From: a virus
Lineage: Duplodnaviria > Caudoviricetes
Virus record (IMG/VR): IMGVR_UViG_3300005573_000236
Coordinates: 1-28,918 of that record
Strand: one strand, 5' to 3'
DNA length: 28,918 nucleotides
Part shown: piece by piece, positions 1 through 7,667 of the stretch
Position numbering within the stretch: position 1 is the stretch's first letter
Layout of the letters: each line of letters begins with the position of its first letter
Notes under the pieces: generated by a model
What the model was told of the DNA's origin: nothing
Databases searched by the model: none
What the model saw: the letters and a program-made list of their open reading frames with translations, nothing else
Program-made: the position numbers and the translations under genes

Positions 1-54
1 TCATCATATGCCATTCTTGACGGAAAAACCCATACACAAGGAAAGGACACAAAA

Positions 55-234
55 ATGAGAAATGAGATGATCAAACCGTGGGAAACAATCATCACTTGCA
101 GTGTATGCGGAGCCGAAGTGACTGAAAGATCGCCGGATATTTGGGGATGGTATCTGAAGGGAGACATCAACGATCCCGTTGCGATCAGTAATCCTGTAGG
201 ATGGACTTGTCCCCGATGCTGGCAGGAGGATTGA
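55..234 (+). CDS. small zinc-ribbon-like protein, 59 aa (not in ORF track)
   Basis: GAAAGGA RBS, ATG at 55, TGA at 232-234; MRNEMIKPWETIITCSVCG...WTCPRCWQED has two CxxC motifs. Confidence 0.65.
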   Translation: MRNEMIKPWETIITCSVCGAEVTERSPDIWGWYLKGDINDPVAISNPVGWTCPRCWQED

Positions 235-267
235 CCGTTTACAGGGTAGTTAAAGGGAGGGAGGAAA

Positions 268-507
268 ATGGAAACAGAAAAATGTACCTATTGCTATAAA
301 GTTTTTTACAATCCATTTCACGGAGGCGATCCCAAGACGGGAAGCGGATTTATAAGCCAGCATCGATCTCTCAAGTCGGCCTATAAATCGATGCAGAAGG
401 CCCATATTGGGGACTGTATGCACGCTGAATGCGCCCGAATATACGATGTGAGATCGGGAAGATTTCTCTTGTATCCGGAAGATTTAATTGAGAGGGAGAG
501 ACCTTAA
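268..507 (+). CDS. hypothetical phage protein, 79 aa
   Basis: strong GGAGGGAGG RBS directly before the ATG. Confidence 0.7.
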   Translation: METEKCTYCYKVFYNPFHGGDPKTGSGFISQHRSLKSAYKSMQKAHIGDCMHAECARIYDVRSGRFLLYPEDLIERERP

Positions 508-771
508 CGATCAGGATATGTACTCTGATCCCTACGCAATCGGGATGGTGTGACCCAACACGGGGCCTAGGCTGATCACTGAATTGGGATGATGGATCAT
601 GGGACATGGAGGAGGATTGAAGATGCAAGGATTTCTGACGGGCGTTTCAATCGGATTGGGGTTCTATACTGCCCAATATCTTTTCAATATTGTCCGGATG
701 CTATTGCATCGGATTCTTTGATAAGAGCGTCGGGTAGAATCATGTTAATGATGAGAGGAAAGGAGAATTTG

Positions 772-1443
772 ATGATAATCAGGAATCGGTACACAGGCAA
801 AAAGATTTTAGAGATTGAGGGAGAAGATCTTTGCAGGGCCAATCTGAGCGGAGCCGATCTGCATGATGCAGATTTGGATAATGTGGATCTGATTGGGGCC
901 GATCTAAGCGATGCAAACTTGAGTGGTGCGGATCTGATTGAGGTCGATCTACGCAATGCCAATTTACGTGGGGCCAATCTGAGTGGTGCAAGATTGAGTG
1001 GTGCGAGTCTGGTTGGGGCTGATCTAAGTGATGCTAATTTGCATAGGGCCGGTCTTAGTTTTGCAAATTTGTATAAGGCCGATCTCAGCAATGCAGATCT
1101 CAGCGATGCACATCTGAGATTTGCAAACCTGTATGAGGCCGATCTAAGTGATGCAGATCTCAGCAATGCGGATTTGAGCTATGCAGAAATGAAAACTGAT
1201 AGATCCTATCAATTCAAGGATGGAGAAGATCAGCTTTTTGATGAATGCTACTGGAAACTGAAAGACATCTATTCAAAGATCGGGATTGTCTCAACCCTCG
1301 AAATTTTGGGAGAGATCATCCACCACCAGCTGGAAGAATCACCATTTCGCAAGGACAAGGACTATCAGAATCAGATCAAAAAGGATTGTGCGAGTATCGA
1401 GAAGGCGATTGATGAACTGGAGAGATCCGAAATTCAACCCTGA
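772..1443 (+). CDS. pentapeptide-repeat protein
   Basis: long run of A(D/N)LxG/D pentapeptides (RANLSGADLHDADL...). AAGGAG at 760-765 favours the in-frame ATG at 772 over the track start at 589. Confidence 0.85.
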   Translation: MIIRNRYTGKKILEIEGEDLCRANLSGADLHDADLDNVDLIGADLSDANLSGADLIEVDLRNANLRGANLSGARLSGASLVGADLSDANLHRAGLSFANLYKADLSNADLSDAHLRFANLYEADLSDADLSNADLSYAEMKTDRSYQFKDGEDQLFDECYWKLKDIYSKIGIVSTLEILGEIIHHQLEESPFRKDKDYQNQIKKDCASIEKAIDELERSEIQP

Positions 1444-1458
1444 TTTCAAAAAGGAGAA

Positions 1459-2079
1459 ATGATCATGGAAAACACAGTGATGGAGAACGAATCGGAAACA
1501 GTTACCCGGACAACGGAATTACTCTTCGATGATCAGGATTTTAAAAGAGAATTAACACGTGCGATTGCCTGCACGGATGATCAAAAGCATGACTGGCATG
1601 GAGTTATTCTTTTCGATCCTCAAGAAGACGGATCGATCGCGATTGTGGGCACCGACGGATTCATTCTCTACCGTGGATTCCTGAAGCCCACCGAAGGGAG
1701 ATTGACCGAACGAAGAATCTATCATGCATCAGTTTTGGCTAAAATAATAAAGCTCATCAAAAAAACCAACAGATCGATGGTATCTTTCGATCCGTCATCA
1801 GGGATGTTCAGGTATCTGTACGAATCTTTCCAGCTTGTGCATCATGTAATATCTTATCCACGATATCCGGACATGTTGATGGCCAAGGAAAAACTGATGA
1901 CGGATGGGCAATTAACCAGTGGTCTTTTTTTCAATTCGGAACATATGGGAAAGATCATGAAGACTATCGGGAAAGAATCGGGGAATTTCAGGTTTTCGAT
2001 ATTTGATTCGATTAATCCGTCTTTTATCGAGATTGAAAAAGATAAAGGAGTTTTCATCATCATGCCTTATGTAGGATGA
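1459..2079 (+). CDS. DNA polymerase III beta (sliding clamp)-like protein, partial-length
   Basis: GVILF...IVGTDGFILY resembles the clamp motif ATDGHRL; YPRY; C-terminal FIIMP; AAGGAG RBS. Confidence 0.6.
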   Translation: MIMENTVMENESETVTRTTELLFDDQDFKRELTRAIACTDDQKHDWHGVILFDPQEDGSIAIVGTDGFILYRGFLKPTEGRLTERRIYHASVLAKIIKLIKKTNRSMVSFDPSSGMFRYLYESFQLVHHVISYPRYPDMLMAKEKLMTDGQLTSGLFFNSEHMGKIMKTIGKESGNFRFSIFDSINPSFIEIEKDKGVFIIMPYVG

Positions 2080-2093
2080 ATGAAGGGACGAAA

Positions 2094-2630
2094 GCCATCC
2101 GCTTCGCGATCACACGGGGGAGAGTCATCAGGTCTCCCCCATTTTTTGATTCCATCGTCGTTCCGTGAAATTATTCAGGATTGTAGCCAATCACCATAGG
2201 TACAGAATCCTTCTCTCATCCAGCACCAGAGCCAATCCATTTCAAGGAACAAAGATCCCCCTGTATTTGAGCCATTCCACTCATCCATTCCCTGCAAAAC
2301 ACACAAGAAGGGATCAAAGAGATCCCAAAGACCATCCACTTCACGATCACACACGAGGGAATCCGGACAAAAGAAAAAGAAATCCCCCTTCCAATCCAAT
2401 TCCCTATAAACATTCCCATCAGAACATTCCCATCAGAACAGAAAGACCATCCACTTCACGATCACGCACAAGGACATCATTACTCCCCCATCGGATTTTC
2501 CAGGCAGCATCCGTCAAAAAGGGAAAGGGGATCGACTTCGCGATCCATGCATACGTACAGAAGATTTCAGGCAGCATCCGTTAAAAAGGGAAGAGGCATC
2601 GACTTCGCGATTTGCATATACGTATGCACG
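2094..2630. repeat. dispersed direct repeats with core CTTC(A/G)CGAT
   Basis: CCATCC(A/G)CTTC(A/G)CGATCAC at ~2095, ~2332 and ~2447; a ~67-bp imperfect tandem (CAGGCAGCATCCGT...ATCGACTTCGCGAT) at 2501 and 2568. Confidence 0.75.
2116..2147 (+). terminator. intrinsic terminator
   Basis: GGGGGAGA-N9-TCTCCCCC stem followed by ATTTTTT, just after the 1459-2079 gene. Confidence 0.7.
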
Positions 2631-2734
2631 CACAAGAGATTCACTTCCAGCCATTCCATAGAATGCCCTGACAAATCCTCCGAACAATCTGCCAGTATGA
2701 TTCTCCATAGAGCATGGATTGGACATTAACAAGC

Positions 2735-3100
2735 AAGGGAAAGTTAAAGGAAATCATGAAGGAAATATAAAGGGAAATAAAGGAGAGATCCTAAAGGCTA
2801 AAAGAAATCCTGATGGGAAATTAAAGGGGAATTAAAGAGGAATCTAAAGGGGAAGCTAAAGGAAATCTTGATGGAAATATAAAGGGAGGTCCTAAAACTT
2901 AAAAAGAAATCCTGATGGAAAACCAAAAAGAAATCCAAAAAGCTAAAGAGAAATCAACCCTCCCTTGTAATCTGAAATCAATAATCTAAAATCTAAAATC
3001 AATAAATTAATAATTAGTAATCAATAAATCTAAAATCTAAAATCTAAAATCAGAAATCTAAAATCAATAATCGATACTATCAATAGTTAGCAATCAATAA
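2735..3100. repeat. low-complexity purine-rich tract, then AT-rich tract
   Basis: AAAGGGAAAT-like units at 2735-2960; AATCTAA/AATCAATA units at 2970-3100. Confidence 0.7.
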
Positions 3101-3136
3101 GTTTGCATATATATGATCATGACGGGCATATTGTGG

Positions 3137-3304
3137 CTGGCACGAAATATGCAATCCTTTATTATATATTGCGTACCACGGCATTTTGATATCTGGCACG
3201 AAATATGCAATCCTTTATTATATATTGCGTACCACGGCATTTTGATATCTGGCACGAAATATGCAATCCTTTATTATATATTGCGTACCACGGCATTTTG
3301 ATAT
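3137..3304 (+). repeat. 3 x 56-bp perfect tandem repeat, each with a sigma54 (-24/-12)-like site
   Basis: units start at 3137, 3193 and 3249; each begins CTGGCACGAAATATGCA (GG-N10-GC). Confidence 0.9.
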
Positions 3305-3363
3305 TAGGTATCAGCCGCCAGGGATTTTGCAAAATCGATTTTTGAAAATTTTGAAAAAAAGTC

Positions 3364-3392
3364 TTGACAAAGTAAAAGACCTAGGATATAGT
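3364..3392 (+). promoter_or_regulatory. sigma70-type early promoter
   Basis: TTGACA-17 nt-TATAGT with an A/T-tract UP-like element upstream. Confidence 0.8.
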
Positions 3393-3441
3393 GTAGTCAC
3401 AAGGTAGGGATTGGACCTACCCCAAACAATAGGAGGACGAC

Positions 3442-3633
3442 ATGAACAAGCAGTATCCGTCAGACACAGTTATTAAGCTCACGCTTGCAATCATTGCGGG
3501 CGTTAAACATGGAGCGTCTATTAGCTCACTGCTTAGTGAATTTAGACGTTGCGGATTCGAGCTAGATTCCAAGTTAGAAGATTTCGCTAAGCAGTACTAT
3601 CAGTCAGTGTACCGGGACTATTGGGAGTGGTAG
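3442..3633 (+). CDS. hypothetical early protein, 63 aa
   Basis: AGGAGG RBS; first gene after the promoter; similar to the next gene. Confidence 0.75.
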   Translation: MNKQYPSDTVIKLTLAIIAGVKHGASISSLLSEFRRCGFELDSKLEDFAKQYYQSVYRDYWEW

Positions 3634-3682
3634 AGATTTGACAGGAATTGATCTACCGAAGACCTTAACAGGAGGACATAAC

Positions 3683-4060
3683 ATGAGATATCCGGCAGAT
3701 ATGATCGTTGAGATAACAAAAGAATTCAATGACAATGTCGAAAAAGGAAATTCTGTTATCGATTTCATTGATACAGCCTACGGGATAGCCCGTAGGTATG
3801 GTTTTTGCGGGCTTGATCCCGTGCTGGAAGGATTTGTCCGGGCATGCTACCGATTGAAAATCGGACCGGAAGCATGCAGCATTATTGATCAGGAAGTATT
3901 GAATATCGTCCGTGTGCGAGGGGGGAAAGATAGGGCGGTTTTGAACGCCAAAATGGAGATTTTATCGCAAAATCTTCCGTGGACCGAAACTATGGAAGAT
4001 TATGCGGGAGAAGCCTATTATAGGGCGTATGCAGGTACGATCGCCAATCAGATCAATTGA
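3683..4060 (+). CDS. hypothetical early protein, paralog of 3442-3633
   Basis: AGGAGG RBS before in-frame ATG at 3683; shared pattern YP.D...T...G.S...RR.GF..LD..LE.F. Confidence 0.75.
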   Translation: MRYPADMIVEITKEFNDNVEKGNSVIDFIDTAYGIARRYGFCGLDPVLEGFVRACYRLKIGPEACSIIDQEVLNIVRVRGGKDRAVLNAKMEILSQNLPWTETMEDYAGEAYYRAYAGTIANQIN

Positions 4061-4078
4061 TAAATAGGAGGGCATATC

Positions 4079-4246
4079 GTGGAAAAGCTCACGGACTATA
4101 TGAATTACGAAATAATACGCCGGGAAGGATATATAGTATTAAAGGTAATCACATATCCGCCGGGCCCAACTGGCAGCGTGGGAAAGGTGGTCCACTTTCT
4201 GCCGACAACAATCTTACAGAAAGGGGGGAGGAAGATCACAAAGTAG
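4079..4246 (+). CDS. hypothetical protein, 55 aa (not in ORF track)
   Basis: AGGAGGG RBS, GTG start, MEKLTDYMNYEIIRREGYIVLKV...KITK-TAG. Confidence 0.55.
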   Translation: MEKLTDYMNYEIIRREGYIVLKVITYPPGPTGSVGKVVHFLPTTILQKGGRKITK

Positions 4247-4310
4247 GGTAATTTAATTTTAATGATAACTAACGATAACTAATGATAACTTTCAATCAGG
4301 AGGAATAAAA

Positions 4311-4646
4311 ATGAGTATCTTTGATAATGACGTAGAGACAAGATCCGGCCGCACCTTGCCGTTCGAGATCCGGAGTGAAGTATACCGCCTGATCTTTGCA
4401 GAGGGCAGGTCGAAATCACAGGTTTTGGCCGATTTGGAAGCCAAGGCAAAGGCCGCTGGTGCTACATGGACTAACGGCAACGTGATCACCACGAAAGCTT
4501 CCTATGACAACGTGGTGTCCGTGCTGGAGGGCCTATTCAGGCACCTGCCCGGCTCAAAAGAGGCACTGGCCAGCCTTGCCAAATCGAGGCGGGAAGAAGC
4601 GGAGAAATCGAGGCAGGCCAAGACTCCGCAAGCGAAGGCCAAATAA
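4311..4646 (+). CDS. hypothetical protein, 111 aa
   Basis: AGGAGG RBS; followed by a terminator-like hairpin. Confidence 0.8.
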   Translation: MSIFDNDVETRSGRTLPFEIRSEVYRLIFAEGRSKSQVLADLEAKAKAAGATWTNGNVITTKASYDNVVSVLEGLFRHLPGSKEALASLAKSRREEAEKSRQAKTPQAKAK

Positions 4647-4661
4647 GAGGTCCATATCTGC

Positions 4662-4688
4662 AATGGGGAGCCTTCGGGCTCCCCATTT
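4662..4688 (+). terminator. hairpin, probable terminator
   Basis: AATGGGGAGCC-TTCG-GGCTCCCCATT; the T tail is short. Confidence 0.6.
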
Positions 4689-4736
4689 CCTGATGCAAAA
4701 ATCATGCCTGATTCCTGATGCAAAAAGCATGCCTGA
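4687..4736 (-). repeat. 2 x 25-bp tandem repeat with sigma54-like sites on the - strand
   Basis: - strand reads CAGGCATGCTTTTTGCA and CAGGCATGATTTTTGCA (GG-N10-GC). Confidence 0.7.
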
Positions 4737-4970
4737 TGATCCCGGTAGGGGATGGGGGATGATCCTGATTTCCAGGAAAACACGTGGTCAACCCCCTCTT
4801 TCAATTTTCATTTTGAAAACTTTTTTAATTTTTTAATTTTTAAAATACGGTATATGGCAGTAACGATATGTGATGGGAGGATTTACAGTCATCCCCTCTT
4901 TCGGGTACCACCTTGAAAACTTTTTATTTTTTTTAATTTTTAAAATTTGGAAAAGTTCCTCTTCCCTCTC

Positions 4971-5219
4971 TCATCCCGGCTTTCTCCGGATTAGAAGGGA
5001 TTGGGCCAATAGTATGTCACGAGCACGCATAACAAGCTCTTTCGTTTCATCGAAGGTGGGCAGGATACCCCGCAATTTCCATAATTCATACCGGATTTCT
5101 TCCGAAAGGGGTGCGATCCGGCCATCTGACGTTTGAGCGGTGATATTTTGAGCGGTGATATGTTTTTCGATCAGTGTGAGCAGATAGATTCTTTCAAAGG
5201 GTTCCAGTGTTTCCCGCAG
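4971..5219 (-). CDS. probable hypothetical protein, 82 aa, with CTG start (not in ORF track)
   Basis: GGGAGG RBS 5 nt before CTG, directly after the previous stop; open frame LRETLEPFERIYLLTLIEKH...RRKPG-TGA. Confidence 0.5.
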   Translation of the reverse strand: MRETLEPFERIYLLTLIEKHITAQNITAQTSDGRIAPLSEEIRYELWKLRGILPTFDETKELVMRARDILLAQSLLIRRKPG

Positions 5220-5231
5220 GATAACCTCCCT

Positions 5232-5687
5232 TCAGTCCTTGATGCCGGATTCTTCCGTTGAACCATTGATGTCTGGAATGCGGTCCTTTTCCTCGATCAT
5301 CGGAATGCTCCTCATCTTGTCCAGATAAAGATTGACCAGATCGAAGCAATGGTTCCGGGCTTCCTCCCAGGTGGAAAAAATCGGAGTGGGTCGGGACAGG
5401 ATATCAGGTTCCCGGATACCGATTTCCCCGCTGACATACGGATGCACATTATGGTAGAACGACGGCTGGCCGGTTTTCGAATCGGTGCACAGGGAAATCC
5501 TGGCCCGGCTTCCGTAAAGCAGGACATTCCCGGTATAGGTGGGGGGAGTGCTTCTTGCGCCTGTGATGACAAGGATGAGCCTGTTATGATAGCAAGCCAC
5601 CCATTGTGTGCGGACAAATCCGTCGTCCATGAGATGATCCTGCCGAAAGAACGATAGAGGCTCCGATTGCCGGGTATCATTGTCCAT
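5232..5687 (-). CDS. hypothetical protein, paralog family member 4
   Basis: AAGGGAAGGA RBS before MDNDTR; C-terminal FSTWEEARNHCFDLVNLYLDKMRSIPMIEEK. Confidence 0.8.
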   Translation of the reverse strand: MDNDTRQSEPLSFFRQDHLMDDGFVRTQWVACYHNRLILVITGARSTPPTYTGNVLLYGSRARISLCTDSKTGQPSFYHNVHPYVSGEIGIREPDILSRPTPIFSTWEEARNHCFDLVNLYLDKMRSIPMIEEKDRIPDINGSTEESGIKD

Positions 5688-6234
5688 GATTGCTTTCCTT
5701 CCCTTGGGCTTTGTTGTATCCCGGTATCGATTCAAGAGATTGAAGCAAGGAACTGCGCTTCTTTTTCTCAAACCCTGCATCGACAATCTCTTCATCAATC
5801 ATGTCACGGCAGTCTTTTTCCTCAAGGGGTGAAAGCGCCTTCACCGTATCCAGATAGCGATTGAAGAGATCAAGACAATGGTTCCGGGCTTCATCCCATG
5901 TGGAGAAAGTCGGTGGGGACCATCTTCCGGACGGGCTTTCCTCCTGAAGGCAGATGGAGGCGCCGGTGTCCGAATGTATCTCCAGATAAAAACGGGAAAG
6001 CAATGTGGCGGGATCGGTGATGGCGCACAGATCGGTTTGTCCCCCGTCCAGCAGGACATACCCTGTGTAGGGACTGTCTTTCCTTGAAGGATCTCCCGTG
6101 TAGTCGATCGCAAGGAGAAACAGGTCATGAACACGAGTGAGCCATTGAATGCGAGTAATTCCATCTGCGAAGAATGGTTGAAGACAACTCCATGCCAAGA
6201 CTTTCTGCCGGGAAGATCGTGTTTTCATTGGCAT
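5677..6234 (-). CDS. hypothetical protein, paralog family member 3
   Basis: AAGGA RBS; FSTWDEARNHCLDLFNRYLDTVKALSPLEEK. Confidence 0.8.
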   Translation of the reverse strand: MPMKTRSSRQKVLAWSCLQPFFADGITRIQWLTRVHDLFLLAIDYTGDPSRKDSPYTGYVLLDGGQTDLCAITDPATLLSRFYLEIHSDTGASICLQEESPSGRWSPPTFSTWDEARNHCLDLFNRYLDTVKALSPLEEKDCRDMIDEEIVDAGFEKKKRSSLLQSLESIPGYNKAQGKESNHGQ

Positions 6235-6239
6235 TTCCT

Positions 6240-6644
6240 TCAGTTTTCGGAATGGGTGAAAGATTTCTCCTCAATCGTCGGAATGTTTCTCATGGTACTC
6301 AGATACAGATTCACGACTCTGACGCAATAATCCTGGGCATCCTGCAAGGTGGCAAAACAATTGGGACTCCCGGACTCCCAGAAGGGGATGCCGGTCTGGC
6401 TCGTGATATGAATAATACGATCCTTCTCGTTCAAATTTTGCAGCCAATTGGAAAGACTTACCCCTGCATGATAAGGTACCGGATTTTTTCTGCCCTGAAC
6501 CGTCTCCCTGTAATCCACAGTCAGGACGAAACAATGGTAGTTGCAGACATATAAAATCTGCGCATCCGTCAGGAAGGGATTGCGATCAGAGAGATTGTCG
6601 TACTGACTCCATTTCAGGGATTCCTGTTGCGGAAAAAGTTCCAT
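6240..6644 (-). CDS. hypothetical protein, paralog family member 2
   Basis: AAGGAG RBS; MELFPQ...CNYHCF...WESGSPNCFATLQDAQDYC. Confidence 0.85.
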   Translation of the reverse strand: MELFPQQESLKWSQYDNLSDRNPFLTDAQILYVCNYHCFVLTVDYRETVQGRKNPVPYHAGVSLSNWLQNLNEKDRIIHITSQTGIPFWESGSPNCFATLQDAQDYCVRVVNLYLSTMRNIPTIEEKSFTHSEN

Positions 6645-6662
6645 CTGAAACTCCTTTCGGAT

Positions 6663-7067
6663 TCAGTTTTCAGAGTGGGTAAAATAGTTCTCTTCGATGA
6701 GTGGAATACTTCTCATTGTATTCAGATAAAGATTCACGACTTTGATACAATGATTTTGAGCTTCCTCCAGAGTGGTAAAACAATTGGGACTCCCGGACTC
6801 CCACAAGGTGGTTGACATCTTCTGATCCATGTTCTGGATCACGTTATATTCCTCATTCAGTTTTTGCAGGGCGACTTCTCCTCCGGGAATATGCACCCTT
6901 GGATAATAGGGCGTCGGGTTTGTCTTGTCTCCGACCATCGGTCTGTAATCCACAATCAGAATGAAACAATGATAATTGCAGACATGCCAACTATGGATAC
7001 CCGGATCAAACTGGTTGTCACCAAATTGAATCCACTCCAAGGGGCCTCGTTGCGGGAAAAGTTCCAT
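6663..7067 (-). CDS. hypothetical protein, paralog family member 1
   Basis: same RBS and start (MELFPQ) and same end (FTHSEN) as 6240-6644; 134 aa. Confidence 0.85.
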   Translation of the reverse strand: MELFPQRGPLEWIQFGDNQFDPGIHSWHVCNYHCFILIVDYRPMVGDKTNPTPYYPRVHIPGGEVALQKLNEEYNVIQNMDQKMSTTLWESGSPNCFTTLEEAQNHCIKVVNLYLNTMRSIPLIEENYFTHSEN

Positions 7068-7089
7068 CTGAAACTCCTTTCGAATAAGG

Positions 7090-7305
7090 TCAATCGAGTT
7101 GTTTCTTTTGTTCCAAAAATCGGGATGCACACTTCGGACATAGGGCCAAAATGCTCCTAGGTCCAAGACCACCGATGACAGACAATCCTTCCTCCGAAAA
7201 AATATCCACTATTTTTCGTGTACGGGTATAGGCCCCGCATTTGGGACAGGTCTCCCCTCGATCATAGATGGCCTGTCGTGCAAAAGGAATATCAGATGAT
7301 CCCAT
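7090..7305 (-). CDS. small zinc-finger protein
   Basis: GGAGG RBS before MGSSDIPF; CPKC...CPKC. Confidence 0.65.
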   Translation of the reverse strand: MGSSDIPFARQAIYDRGETCPKCGAYTRTRKIVDIFSEEGLSVIGGLGPRSILALCPKCASRFLEQKKQLD

Positions 7306-7333
7306 CGCTCTTCCCCTCCAATGGATAGATTGT

Positions 7334-7561
7334 TCAATTCTTCGAGAAAGGCACTTCATGTGTCTTGGTCGGAGCGGAACAAAGGCCCCGACAGACGGCA
7401 ATGGAATGCATCACATCCAGAAATGCATCCAGATGTTCTAGCGGAATCGTAATATACGTCACCTCCGGTTCGGCATCGATCGGAGTTCTGGTGGATCGGA
7501 TCGTCAATCCGTTTCCGGATGCAAAGATGGAAATGACCTCGCTTTCGATGTTGTCATCCAT
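7334..7561 (-). CDS. hypothetical protein, 75 aa
   Basis: AAGGGAAGGA RBS before MDDNIESEV. Confidence 0.65.
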   Translation of the reverse strand: MDDNIESEVISIFASGNGLTIRSTRTPIDAEPEVTYITIPLEHLDAFLDVMHSIAVCRGLCSAPTKTHEVPFSKN

Positions 7562-7634
7562 AGAGCTTTCCTTCCCTTGGTGGCCGGTGAATTTCTTCAG
7601 ATTTCGAAAGAAATAAAAGTTTTCCCTCTCCGGG

Positions 7635-7660
7635 TTAAAAGGGGAGGCCGGAGCCTCCCA
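7635..7660 (-). terminator. intrinsic terminator closing the guide array
   Basis: - strand GGGAGGC-TCCG-GCCTCCC followed by CTTTTAA, about 8 nt after the last array unit. Confidence 0.75.
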
Positions 7661-7667
7661 TCGAAAA

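Noticed and set aside
2165-3301. Track ORFs in the repeat-rich region (e.g. 2165-2584, 3113-3301)
   Set aside because: No RBS, low complexity, and they simply translate DNA repeats
4057-4251. Track ORF 4057-4251
   Set aside because: The overlapping frame 4079-4246 has the properly spaced AGGAGG RBS
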